A stretch of DNA of 64,000 nucleotides, taken from contig JAVJQW010000006.1 of assembly GCA_040218735.1 (NCBI GenBank), positions 96,001 to 160,000 of the forward strand, written 5' to 3'. Below, one piece after another: positions 27,533 through 37,274 of the stretch. Numbering within the stretch: the stretch's first letter is position 1; every line of letters starts with the position of its first letter. The notes beneath the pieces are model-generated. The model saw only the letters and a program-made list of their open reading frames with translations. It was not told the DNA's origin and did not search any database. The stretch comes from Deltaproteobacteria bacterium (GTDB lineage: Bacteria; Myxococcota; Kuafuiibacteriia; Kuafuiibacteriales; Kuafuiibacteriaceae). The position numbers and the translations under genes were made by a program.

Positions 27533-29375
27533 CGAAGAACGGCTCGGTCACGTAGAGCGGGAGCCGGAGCACGTGTTGGTCGGCCGGGGCGAACAGCACC
27601 GTGTGTGACGCCCGAGGGAACACGAGCACGGCGGCGTCGGAGTCCTCGAATTCGTAGGCCTCGACCATGAGTTGCGCGGGTGGGCCCCAGCGCGCCTGGA
27701 GTGTCTGCCACGTTCGCTCCGCTTCGTCGGGCGTGCGTGTGTAGAGGACGACCTCGATGCTCTCGACGCGGTCGCCATCGAGTCGGACTCGGGCGTAACA
27801 CTTCGAGTGAAGGTGTCCGCAGTAGCCGAGGTCGATCTGCATCGGATCGCCGGGCTTCACCACGAACGATGCGCGCAGGTCTTCGAGCTTCGTGCCGATG
27901 AGCTCGGGACGGCCGAGCGGGAACTCGGACGGGCTGTCGCCGAGGAGCACGGACAGCGGGATGTTCTCCTCGAACGACACGTTTGTCTCGTGCCGGGTCG
28001 GGCGGACGATCGCGCGTCGTGTGTCGCCGTCGAAGAACCACACGTGTTCGGCACGACCCGTGACCTCCGCCGGAGGCCCCCACGCGTCGATGAGGCGGGC
28101 CAGCCAGCCCACGCCGGGGAGCACCAGTCGGATCGCGTCGAGGCGTCCGGGCCGCCGTTGGCCGAAGTCGAGGTCGAGGGTCACGTCGAGCTCCGTTCGG
28201 GAGCTCCAGCCGACTCGAGCTTCCAAGCTCGCGTAGGCGCTGATGTCGAACGCCAGCGTCGTCCCGTAGATCTCGATCGTCTCGAGCTTCTCGTCGCTCG
28301 GCCACAGGGCGCTCAGCGTGCGTCGCACGTCGGCGCGCCGCGAGCCGAGCGCGACGTCCTTCAAGCGCTGCGGAGGTCCCGGGGAATGTGGAAACGGTCC
28401 GAGCCATCGCATGACGTCGGCCAGGTACTCCTCGGACTCCGCGCGGGTTCGCGCGTCCGGCGGGGTGGGCTCCGAGCGGAGCCTGATCTCCAACAGGTGC
28501 TTCGGCGGGTCGTCGATGACGTGGCCGTAGACGCCTTCGCCGTGCCACGACCACAGCGTCCCGTCGGGGCGAGCCTCGGTGGGCGGCCCCCAACGCGCGC
28601 GGAGGACGTCGAGCAGTTGATCTCGGTAGCCTTCGTAGGGCCCGTACCGGATCCAGGTGTAGACGTATTCGAGGCGCCCGTCGCCGTCACCTCTCCCGTA
28701 CACCCGAAGCCGATCGACGCAGCCTGGGCCCAGGGTGATTTCGACGTCGCCATCGGGCTTCGTGTGGAGCTCTGCGGTCGACATCCCGGGACGCAGCCCG
28801 GCGAGGCCGCCTTCGAGTGCGTCGCCCAAGAGGCGCTCGAACGGCGTGAAGCGCTGCACGACCTTCGAGTTCTCGAAGCGGTAGAACCGGACCGTCCGCG
28901 ACGCGTCCAGCCAGATCGGACCGTCGGCGGCGCCCGGGACCGCGGAGGCGATCGTCGGGGGGCCCCACGACTTCGGGAACGCGGCCGTGCTCGTGACGAC
29001 CGTGACCTCGGCGAGCTGTCGCTCGGGCCCGTCGAACGTCGCGCGAACGCTCCGCCCCGGGAAGGGCGTGGAGAGGAGGACGACGGTCGCGCCGTTCGCG
29101 CGCCGAACGTTGCGCCCGACATCGACGCCGGCGAGCGCGACGCCGTCTCGGTACGGCAACTTCGCGTCGGCCGGCCAGGCGAAGAGCTCGGGGCGACGGC
29201 GCGCGGCTTCGTCGAGCGGCGTTCCGATGCGGACGCCATCGAGGACCCGCGGGAGGCCGGGCTCCTCCGGCCACGGGCCGACCCAGTCCGCGTCGAGCGC
29301 CTGGTACGCGCGGACGCCGAGCCAGATGCCGATCCCCAGCGCGACCGCAGCCCCGACCGCTACGACCGCGAGCAC
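27525..29375 (-). CDS. Membrane-anchored hypothetical protein with four WGPP-containing repeats
   Basis: N-terminal TM segment; SWGPP/RWGPP/AWGPP/RWGPP; the two halves resemble each other. Confidence 0.6.
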   Translation of the reverse strand: MLAVVAVGAAVALGIGIWLGVRAYQALDADWVGPWPEEPGLPRVLDGVRIGTPLDEAARRRPELFAWPADAKLPYRDGVALAGVDVGRNVRRANGATVVLLSTPFPGRSVRATFDGPERQLAEVTVVTSTAAFPKSWGPPTIASAVPGAADGPIWLDASRTVRFYRFENSKVVQRFTPFERLLGDALEGGLAGLRPGMSTAELHTKPDGDVEITLGPGCVDRLRVYGRGDGDGRLEYVYTWIRYGPYEGYRDQLLDVLRARWGPPTEARPDGTLWSWHGEGVYGHVIDDPPKHLLEIRLRSEPTPPDARTRAESEEYLADVMRWLGPFPHSPGPPQRLKDVALGSRRADVRRTLSALWPSDEKLETIEIYGTTLAFDISAYASLEARVGWSSRTELDVTLDLDFGQRRPGRLDAIRLVLPGVGWLARLIDAWGPPAEVTGRAEHVWFFDGDTRRAIVRPTRHETNVSFEENIPLSVLLGDSPSEFPLGRPELIGTKLEDLRASFVVKPGDPMQIDLGYCGHLHSKCYARVRLDGDRVESIEVVLYTRTPDEAERTWQTLQARWGPPAQLMVEAYEFEDSDAAVLVFPRASHTVLFAPADQHVLRLPLYVTEPFFDG

Positions 29376-29562
29376 CGAGACGACGCGCTTCTGTTTGTGG
29401 CTCGGGCTCGCGATGGCGCACGCTGGCTACGGACCGGTGGCTGGGTCAAGCCTGTGATGGCGCAACGCGGGGCGCGCGAACGGCTGACGAGCTCAGCCCC
29501 TCTCGCCAACCGCGATCCGAGTCGCTATCCTGATCTTCGGTCACCCAACACCAGGAGGTCCC

Positions 29563-29778
29563 ATGGGTCCCACAGTCACGGCCGCGCTGGCGGCAGGCCG
29601 AGCACTCCTCACGAAGGTCGCGTCGAGCTCCACCGTCTCGACGGCGGGCGCGTGGTTGAAGAAGAACGTCACGATGAAGTTCCTCGCGGGCGAGGTCGCG
29701 AGCACCGCGGCCATCGAGGGCGTGCGCTCCACGGCGCTCCGGTCGAAGGCCGCGAAGGTTTTGGTCAAGAAGGACTGA
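29563..29778 (+). CDS. Small Ala/Lys-rich hypothetical protein
   Basis: AGGAGG RBS a few nt upstream of ATG; GC3-rich codons; 71 aa. Confidence 0.55.
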   Translation: MGPTVTAALAAGRALLTKVASSSTVSTAGAWLKKNVTMKFLAGEVASTAAIEGVRSTALRSKAAKVLVKKD

Positions 29779-29950
29779 CGCGCTGGGCGCGTCGCTGCAG
29801 CGCGCGACCCTGGCGCCCGAGCTTCAGCGCGAGCTCGATCCTCTGACGGGCCGTCAGAGCCCGGACTCGACGGAGCTCGACCGCGCGGGCGTCGCGCGTG
29901 CTGGCGCTGGGGCGCCGGACGTTGGTCTCGGGCTCCGTCACGTGTGTCAT
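29765..29950 (-). CDS. Small basic hypothetical protein
   Basis: ATG 29950, just downstream of truD; LTARQRIELALKLG helix. Confidence 0.45.
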   Translation of the reverse strand: MTHVTEPETNVRRPSASTRDARAVELRRVRALTARQRIELALKLGRQGRALQRRAQRVSPS

Positions 29951-29973
29951 CGTGATTTGTCGCGTTGGGCCGG

Positions 29974-31005
29974 TCAAGCCGGCTCGGGGGCCTCGCGGGT
30001 GAACGTCCCCGCGTCCGGCTTCACGACCTCGTCCAACACCACCGTCGCGTAGGCGCCGCTCGGGAGCGTGAAGCGCAGGCGCAGCGTGGCCTCGTCCTCG
30101 GCTTCGACCGTCGCGTCCGGATCGAACGGGATGCGGATCAGCCGCCGCGTCCCTGGGCCGACGCGGGCGAGCATCGCCTCGTCCAGGCCCGAGGCTTCGA
30201 GGACCTCGTCCTCCAGCGCGCGCGCGGCGCGTTCGGCGCGCATCGTCTTCTTCCCGAACAGGGGGCCCGTCGGGGAGATCTGCATCGCGTCGACGCGCGG
30301 TTGCTCCGCCGTCGGGTCGTCGACGGTGAACAGGCCGCCGGTCTCGTGTTTCTTCATGACGTCGCCGTCGAGCGCGACGTCGAAGAGGGCGCGCTCCAGG
30401 CGAAGCGTCACGTAGGCGTTGAACAGCTCGGACTGGAGCGCCGACATCAAGATGCTCTTCTCGTCGCGCCGGCGCGGGGCCCGCGCTTCGCCGCGCAGGA
30501 TTCGAAGCGCGCGCTCGGCGTTGTCGCCGTCGCGGCCGAAGCGCTGCGGGCCGAAGACGTTCGGCAGGCCGGTCGCCTTCAGCGCGTCGACGATCGGCGC
30601 GGCGTTCGCCACCGCCGAGACCTCACGCAGCCGGATCGTGAACGTGTTGCTCGCGACGTGGCCGCGCTTGAGCTTGTTCTTGTGGCGCGTCGTCTCGAGC
30701 ACGCGGACGCCGTCGACGTCCGCGACCGTCAGTTCCCCGCGCGGATCGTCGATCGAGATCCACTGCCGCGCGATGGCGTGCCGGTCCTTGAGGCCCGCCC
30801 AGCCGATCCGCCGCCGGTCGATCCCCGGGAGCAACCGGCCCACGGCCTGCGGCGTGGTCAGCGCGGTCTTCTCGATGCGGACGAACAGGTGGGTGCCCTC
30901 GCCCGAGAGGGCGTAGGGGATCGTCTCTTCGACGACGAAGTCTTCGGGCCTGGCCAGGAGTCGGCCGCCGCACCCTGCGAGGTGCGCCGTGCGGCGCGGG
31001 GGCAA
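29974..31005 (-). CDS. truD: tRNA pseudouridine(13) synthase
   Basis: PEDFVVEE, AGLKDRHA, N.FGPQRFG, SALQSELFN, FTLPSGAYAT. Confidence 0.93.
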   Translation of the reverse strand: MPPRRTAHLAGCGGRLLARPEDFVVEETIPYALSGEGTHLFVRIEKTALTTPQAVGRLLPGIDRRRIGWAGLKDRHAIARQWISIDDPRGELTVADVDGVRVLETTRHKNKLKRGHVASNTFTIRLREVSAVANAAPIVDALKATGLPNVFGPQRFGRDGDNAERALRILRGEARAPRRRDEKSILMSALQSELFNAYVTLRLERALFDVALDGDVMKKHETGGLFTVDDPTAEQPRVDAMQISPTGPLFGKKTMRAERAARALEDEVLEASGLDEAMLARVGPGTRRLIRIPFDPDATVEAEDEATLRLRFTLPSGAYATVVLDEVVKPDAGTFTREAPEPA

Positions 31006-31009
31006 GCGG

Positions 31010-31456
31010 TCAGCCGCGCCCGAAGGCGAGCACCTTGCCGCCCTCGGGGAACGCGACGTGGGCCTTCTTCCCCTCCTTCAGGTCGGTGACGATCCCGATC
31101 CCGAACTTCGGGTGCTCGAGGATGTCGTCCCGCTGAAGCTCCATCTGGATGGAGTAGGTGAGGGGGCTCGAGAGGTCCTTGCCCTTGGCGATGCCGTCGT
31201 ATTCTTCGGCGGTCGGAAGGGCGCCCACCTTCTCGGCGGCGTTCGCCTTACGCTCCGCGCGGCGCCGCTTCGCGGTCGCCTCGGAGGCCGTGGGGGGTGG
31301 GCGATAGGCGTGCTCGCCCCCACACGTGTTGCACTTCACGCGCGCGATCTGGTCGCCGACCATCGCCACGATCGTGTGCGCGAGCACCATCTTGCACTTG
31401 GTGCACTTGGAGTCGACCTCGTCACCGGCCTTGTATCCGGTCCTACGGAGCGCCAT
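31010..31456 (-). CDS. Zn-finger + UvrD/PcrA-C-terminal-like Tudor domain protein
   Basis: CTKC..H..CNTC..H; C-terminal DILEHPKFGIGIV..V.F..GGKVL; start ATG 31456. Confidence 0.6.
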   Translation of the reverse strand: MALRRTGYKAGDEVDSKCTKCKMVLAHTIVAMVGDQIARVKCNTCGGEHAYRPPPTASEATAKRRRAERKANAAEKVGALPTAEEYDGIAKGKDLSSPLTYSIQMELQRDDILEHPKFGIGIVTDLKEGKKAHVAFPEGGKVLAFGRG

Positions 31457-31575
31457 GAGGCCGATGGAGTTAGTTTGGATCCGGCGCCGGATCAAGCTAA
31501 AGATTTGTCCTCGGGTTCGGTGCGGGAACAACCGCCTGCTTCCGCCCGGTTGGTTAGACGAAAGCGAACTGCTCC

Positions 31576-32340
31576 ATGGGTATCCTCAGTCGAATCTCGA
31601 AGGTCCTAGAATCCAACCTCAACAGCATCGTCGAGCGCGCGGAGGACCCCGCCAAGATGCTCGAACAGGCGATCGAGGACATGAAGCGGGGCCGCCAGGA
31701 GGCCCGCGACGCCATCATCGAGGCCAAGACGCAAAAGCGCCTCCTCGAGAAGAAGCGGGACAAGGCGCTGGTCGACGCCGAGGGCTACGAGGCCCGGGCG
31801 ATGCAGGCCCTGCAGAACGGCGACGAGGACCGCGCTCGCAAGGCGCTGGAGCTGAAGATCGCCGCCGAGCAGCGCGCCGCCGCGGAGACCTCGGCCATCG
31901 AGGAGCAGGCCAACCAGATCACGCAGCTGGAGGGGGCCGAGCGGGAGCTCGAGCGGCGCCTCTCCGAGATGCCGGCCCGCCGCGCGGCGCTGATCGCCCG
32001 GCAGGCGGCGGCGCAGGCCAAGGGCGCCAAGATGGGCGCGACGACCAAGGCCAAGAACAGCGTGGCGAACGCGCTGGACGCCTTCGACCGGATGGAGGAG
32101 CGGATCATCCGCGCCGAGGTCGAGGCGGAGGTCATCAGCGAGGGCGATCCGGCCCTCCTGGAGGCCGGCCCGCCGATCAACGTCGAGGCCGAGCGCGCCC
32201 TGCAGGCGCTCAAGGCCAAGATGAAGGCGCTCCCGTCGGGCGCCGAGGCCGAGCCCGAGCCCCCCGAGGCCCCCGATCCGGCCGCCGCGTCGGCGGTCGA
32301 CGACCACCTGGCCGAGCTGAAGCAGAAGCTGGGGCAGTAG
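31576..32340 (+). CDS. pspA: PspA/IM30 family protein
   Basis: MGILSRI..N..AEDPAKMLEQAIEDM, coiled coil, FDRMEERI, terminal LAELKQKL. Confidence 0.9.
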   Translation: MGILSRISKVLESNLNSIVERAEDPAKMLEQAIEDMKRGRQEARDAIIEAKTQKRLLEKKRDKALVDAEGYEARAMQALQNGDEDRARKALELKIAAEQRAAAETSAIEEQANQITQLEGAERELERRLSEMPARRAALIARQAAAQAKGAKMGATTKAKNSVANALDAFDRMEERIIRAEVEAEVISEGDPALLEAGPPINVEAERALQALKAKMKALPSGAEAEPEPPEAPDPAAASAVDDHLAELKQKLGQ

Positions 32341-32372
32341 CCGTAGCGAAAATTGGGTAACATCCCCGCACG

Positions 32373-34169
32373 TTGACGACCGACGCCCTGCATGGAGGAG
32401 CCCCCGGCGACGCGGGCCTGGACGAAGAGGAACAGGCGGCGCGCCAGGCGGCCGACGTGTTCTTCCTGCTCCTCAAGGGCATCAAGAACATCAACATCTA
32501 CCGGCACGCGGAGACGCGGTTCGCCGAGTACCTCGAGCCGGCGCACCAGGCGCTCGAGACGTTCCTCGCCGCCCACGACATCCTGCCGCTCAAGCTCACG
32601 CCGTACACGCTCGAGTTCAAGAAACACGTCATCTACCAGGACGAGGATCGCGAGAACCTCACCTACCGCTTCTACAAGGACGGGATGCGGTACCTCATGT
32701 TCCGCAAGGGCATGCCGCCCGAGGAGCTGCTCAGGTTCGTGATGCTCGCCACGGAGCGGCGCAGCGACGCCGCGCTCTTCCAAGAGGACATGATCACGCG
32801 CCTCTGGAAGGAGCAGTTCGAGTTCATCGAGTACGTCGTCGTCGAGGGCTTCGGGTTCGGCGACCTTTCCGAGGAAGAGGTCGAGATCGAGGTCGAGAAG
32901 ATCGTCGCGTACCTGAGAAAGCAGCTCTCCGCGAACTCCGACGACATCACGCGCTTCGCTCGCCTGTCCGCGGAGGACCTCGAGCTGGAGCTGACCGACG
33001 TCGACCAGATGCGCGGCGGCATCATCTCGGGGCGCACCGCGACCGACGGCGACCGCGCGCAGGTGCAGGAGGAGCTCTTCCAGGAGGCCAAGAAGCGCCT
33101 CTTCGCGAAGATGGTGCTGATCCTGTTCCAGATCCTGGAGCTCGAGTGCGACGTCGACGACTACGAGATGATGCTCGAGGCCTTTACGCAGGTCCTCGAC
33201 ACGCTCCTCGTCTCCGAGGACGTGAAGGGCGCCGTCGCGTTGCTCCAGCGCTTCGACAAGATCGCGGAGCGGCCGCTCCCGAAGGGCCGGATCCAGCTCG
33301 TCACCAAGATGGCGGGGGTGTTCCGGCGGCGCATGGCGGAGCCGCACCGCCTCGACTCCGTCGGCCAGTACCTGATGCTCAACCGCGACCTCGACGAGGG
33401 CGCGGTGCACGCCTACCTGTCGGTGTGCGGCGAAGAGGAGCTGTTGCACCTCGTCGAGATGCTCGCGGGGATGGAGCGCCAGGACGCGCGCGCCATCATG
33501 ATCAACGTGCTCGCGGAGCTTGGCCGTAGTCACGTCGACGTGTTCGCACGACGGCTCGACCACAACTCGTCGAACGTCGTGAAGGACATGCTGGCGATCA
33601 TCCACAAGATCAACCCGGACAACAAAATCCAGCTGATCAGCCGCTGCCTCGATCACCCGAACATCATGATCCGCCTGGAGGGGCTCAAGACCCTCGCGAA
33701 GTCCAAGGAGGACATCTCGCTGAGGTACATCGAGAAGGCGATGCGGGACGAGGACATCCAGATGCGCGTCGGTGCCTACCGTGCGCTCGCGACGCGCGCG
33801 CCGAAGCGCGCGGCGCCGCTGTTCGTGAAGGCGATGCAGGCGGACGACTTCCTCCAGCGCGACAACCGCGAGCGCATCGCGATCGCGACGGCGCTCGGCG
33901 AGACCCGGTCGGAGGTGGCGCTCGACTACCTCAAGTCGCTCTTCACGCAGAAGGGTGGGCTGTTCTCCCGCGGCAAGGCGAACGACATGAAGACCATGGC
34001 CGTCATCGGCCTCGCGGCGATGAAGAACGTCTCGGCGTTCAAGGTGCTCGCCGCGCAAGTGCAGAACCGCGACAACCCCAAGGAGGTCATGGAGTCGGCG
34101 CACAAGGCGGCGTTGCGTCTGAAGCAGGAGATCAAGGCGAAGCGCGCGGAGGCGAAGAAACATGGCTGA
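32373..34169 (+). CDS. HEAT-repeat protein
   Basis: C-terminal HEAT-like repeats (LDHPNIMIRLEGLKTL, DEDIQMRVGAYRAL); overlaps the next start codon. Confidence 0.75.
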   Translation: MTTDALHGGAPGDAGLDEEEQAARQAADVFFLLLKGIKNINIYRHAETRFAEYLEPAHQALETFLAAHDILPLKLTPYTLEFKKHVIYQDEDRENLTYRFYKDGMRYLMFRKGMPPEELLRFVMLATERRSDAALFQEDMITRLWKEQFEFIEYVVVEGFGFGDLSEEEVEIEVEKIVAYLRKQLSANSDDITRFARLSAEDLELELTDVDQMRGGIISGRTATDGDRAQVQEELFQEAKKRLFAKMVLILFQILELECDVDDYEMMLEAFTQVLDTLLVSEDVKGAVALLQRFDKIAERPLPKGRIQLVTKMAGVFRRRMAEPHRLDSVGQYLMLNRDLDEGAVHAYLSVCGEEELLHLVEMLAGMERQDARAIMINVLAELGRSHVDVFARRLDHNSSNVVKDMLAIIHKINPDNKIQLISRCLDHPNIMIRLEGLKTLAKSKEDISLRYIEKAMRDEDIQMRVGAYRALATRAPKRAAPLFVKAMQADDFLQRDNRERIAIATALGETRSEVALDYLKSLFTQKGGLFSRGKANDMKTMAVIGLAAMKNVSAFKVLAAQVQNRDNPKEVMESAHKAALRLKQEIKAKRAEAKKHG

Positions 34170-35538
34170 CAAGGAGTCGATGCGGCTTCGCGACGACTGG
34201 GATCCCAGTCAGAGCGCGTTCCAGCAGGACGACGGCAAGTACGACGGGCTGTCGAAGCCGTCGGGCATCGACGACGGCACCTCCGCGAAGCGCGATCAGA
34301 AGCTGCAGCAGCTCGGCAAGCAGATCGCGTCGACGCTCTACATGCTCGTGCGCAACGTGAAGATCCACGCGCCCGACAACAAGATCTTCCTCAAGCCGAT
34401 CGACACCCTGCGTGAAGCGATGAACCGCGTCATCGCGACGGAGCGTCAACTCAACTTGCACGCCTCCGAGACGATCATCTACCTCAACAACACGCAGCTG
34501 AAGTTCGACTTCGGCGCGCTCGAGAGCGTGAAGTTCCTGACCGCGGAGTTCGAGCGTCGCGACATCGGCGGCTTCTCGACGAACCGCCCGGTGACGTCGC
34601 AGGAGATCCGCGACTTCCTCTACATCTTCAGCGCGGAGTACGCCGGCTCCGCGAAGGAGGACGGCGCGGAGGGGCGTGAGCTCCCATCGATGCGCCTCGC
34701 GCGTTACGCGCAGGTGAAGGAGCTGCTCGACAAGCTCCAAGCGGAGCCAGACCTCGACCAGCAGATCGACCGCAAGAAGTACCTGATGACGGTGTACTCG
34801 CGCGCGATCTTCTTCATGCGCGTCTACTTCGACAAGGTCGAGCGCGGGGACTACTCGCTGCCGATCGCGAAGGCCGGCCGCCTCGTGCAGGACCTCGTGG
34901 ACCTGTCGCACGATCAGCGGACGCACTTCCTGGGCGTCACCACCACGCGCAGCGACACCGACTACCTGCCGTACCACTCGGTGAACACGATGCTCTTGTG
35001 CGTGGTGTTCGGGGCGGAGCTCGGGCTCGACAAACGTCAGCTGCACGAGCTGGGGATGGCGGCGATGTTTTCGCAGGTCGGGCTCGTCGGCATCTCGGAG
35101 GACATCCTCGCGCGCAAGGGCGGGCTCACGGACGAGGAGCGCAAGGAGATCGACCTGTTCCCGCTGCGGTCCGCGAAGAAGATCCTGTTCTCCCGCGGCC
35201 TGGACAAGTCGACGATGGCGCGCATCGTGGCGGCCTACGAGAGCAAGGTCGACTACGCGATCCCGCGCCGGACGGCGGACGGGGAGATCGAGCTGGTGAT
35301 GCCGAAGATGGGCCTGGGCATCTACGGCAAGATCATCGCGATCTGCGAGACCTACGACGCGCTGACCTCCAAGCGGCCGTTCCGGGAGGCCTATGGCCCG
35401 GAGATCGCGCTGGCGCTGATGTCGAGCGAGATCAAGTACAAGTTCGATCCGGTGCTGCTCCGGGTGTTCATGAAGGTCATGGCGATTCAGCCGATCAAGA
35501 TCATGAGCGACGGCGAGCGAAACCTGCGCATCGGATGA
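34162..35538 (+). CDS. Degenerate HD-GYP domain protein
   Basis: HSVNT..GAELGL, IIAICETYDALTSKRPFR, KFDP retained; HD replaced by SQ and no GYP. Confidence 0.8.
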   Translation: MADKESMRLRDDWDPSQSAFQQDDGKYDGLSKPSGIDDGTSAKRDQKLQQLGKQIASTLYMLVRNVKIHAPDNKIFLKPIDTLREAMNRVIATERQLNLHASETIIYLNNTQLKFDFGALESVKFLTAEFERRDIGGFSTNRPVTSQEIRDFLYIFSAEYAGSAKEDGAEGRELPSMRLARYAQVKELLDKLQAEPDLDQQIDRKKYLMTVYSRAIFFMRVYFDKVERGDYSLPIAKAGRLVQDLVDLSHDQRTHFLGVTTTRSDTDYLPYHSVNTMLLCVVFGAELGLDKRQLHELGMAAMFSQVGLVGISEDILARKGGLTDEERKEIDLFPLRSAKKILFSRGLDKSTMARIVAAYESKVDYAIPRRTADGEIELVMPKMGLGIYGKIIAICETYDALTSKRPFREAYGPEIALALMSSEIKYKFDPVLLRVFMKVMAIQPIKIMSDGERNLRIG

Positions 35539-35596
35539 GGCCGCACCCAATGTCATTGCCTCGGTGCGTCATGAGGCGCTAGACCCACCCCGTCGC

Positions 35597-37273
35597 ATGA
35601 GCGCGCAGCACCAACGACTCTTCGATGCCCGTCAGCGCAACGCCGTCCTCGACGAGGTCGACGGCGGCGACTTCGATCTCGTCGTCGTCGGCGGCGGAAT
35701 CAACGGCGCGGGGGTCGCGCACGACGCGGCCCTCCGCGGGTTGCGGGTGCTCCTCGTCGAGCAGCGCGACTTCGCGTTCGGGACGTCGAGCCGATCCAGC
35801 AAACTGATCCACGGCGGCTTGAGGTACCTCGAGCACTACCAGTTCAAGCTGGTGTTCGAGGGGACCAACGAACGCGCGGCGCTGCGCAGGATCGCGCCGC
35901 ACCTCGTGCGCCCGCTGATGTTCGCGCTTCCGGTGTACGAAGGCGACCGGCACCCGCTGTGGCTGATGGACGTCGGCCTGTGGATGTACGACAGCCTGTC
36001 GCTGTTCAAGGTCGAGAAGCGCCACATCACGCTGCGCTCGTCGAAGCGGATGCTCGAGCGCGAGCCGCTGCTCAACCCCGACGGGCTCACCGGCGGCATC
36101 ATCTACTACGACTGCATGACCGACGACGCGCGGATGACGCTCGAGAACGCGATCGCCGCGACGGAGCTCGGGTCGCCGGTGCTCACGCGCGCGAAGGTCG
36201 TGGGGGTGAGCGGCCTGGAAGGGGACGCCACACCGCGCGTCGCGATCCGCGACGGCATCACGGACCGCCTGATCGAGGTGTCCGCGCGGGGCGTCGTGAA
36301 CTGCACGGGGGCGTGGACCGACAAGACGCGCAGCCTCGCGCAGGTCGAGGATCAGATCGTTCGGCCGACGAAGGGCGTGCACATCGTCGTCGAGCACGAC
36401 CGTCTGCCGTGCTCGCAGGCGAGCGCGCTCCTCGCGCCGCAGGACGGACGGGTCTTCTTCGCGATCCCCTGGCACGGGCGCACGGTGCTCGGGACGACCG
36501 ACACGGACTTCGAGGGCGACCCCGGCGAGATCGGCGTGACGCTCGACGACGTGCAGTATCTGCTCGCCGCCGCCAACCACCACTTCCCCGGCCAGAACCT
36601 CACGCCGGACGACGTGTTCGCGACATGGGCCGGCCTGAGGCCGCTGATCAAACCGGACGACGCCGCTTCGGAGTCGGACGTGCCGCGTGAGCACAAGCTC
36701 TACCGCGACGGGCGCATGGTCACGATCGCCGGCGGCAAGCTCACGACCTACCGGCGCATGGCCGCGGAGACGGTCGACGTCGCGGCGCAGGTCGCCGACC
36801 TCAAGGTGCCGGGCTCGAAGTCCGCGAAGGCGAAGCTCCCCGGGGCGCGCGGGCTCACGAAGGACTTCGACGCGCTGGCCGAGGAGCTTCAGAAGCAGGC
36901 CGACCTCCCCGAGGACGTCGCGCAGCGGCTCGCCAACGTCTACGGGTCACGCGCGAAGGACGTCGCGGCCTACGTCTCGACCGACAAGGCGATGCGGGAT
37001 CGCATCACCCCGGACCGCGACGCGATCTTCGCGGAGGTCGCCTTCGCGGTGGAGCGCGAGCTCGCGTTGTCGGTGGACGACGTCATGGTGCGTCGGACCT
37101 CGCTGACGCTCACCGCGAAGGACCAGGGGATGAGCGCGGTGGAGCGCGTCGCCGACGTGATGGGTGAGCGCCTCGGTTGGACCGACGCCGAGCGACAGGC
37201 GAGCCTCGACGAGTACGCGCACTCGGTTGCGTTGTCGCGCGGCTTCCGAACGGAGCTGGAAAAGAGCGCGTGA
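35597..37273 (+). CDS. glpD: FAD-dependent glycerol-3-phosphate dehydrogenase
   Basis: GGGINGAG, GTSSRSSKLIHGGLRYL, DDAR, GLRPL, GGKLTTYR. Confidence 0.93.
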   Translation: MSAQHQRLFDARQRNAVLDEVDGGDFDLVVVGGGINGAGVAHDAALRGLRVLLVEQRDFAFGTSSRSSKLIHGGLRYLEHYQFKLVFEGTNERAALRRIAPHLVRPLMFALPVYEGDRHPLWLMDVGLWMYDSLSLFKVEKRHITLRSSKRMLEREPLLNPDGLTGGIIYYDCMTDDARMTLENAIAATELGSPVLTRAKVVGVSGLEGDATPRVAIRDGITDRLIEVSARGVVNCTGAWTDKTRSLAQVEDQIVRPTKGVHIVVEHDRLPCSQASALLAPQDGRVFFAIPWHGRTVLGTTDTDFEGDPGEIGVTLDDVQYLLAAANHHFPGQNLTPDDVFATWAGLRPLIKPDDAASESDVPREHKLYRDGRMVTIAGGKLTTYRRMAAETVDVAAQVADLKVPGSKSAKAKLPGARGLTKDFDALAEELQKQADLPEDVAQRLANVYGSRAKDVAAYVSTDKAMRDRITPDRDAIFAEVAFAVERELALSVDDVMVRRTSLTLTAKDQGMSAVERVADVMGERLGWTDAERQASLDEYAHSVALSRGFRTELEKSA

Positions 37274-37274
37274 C

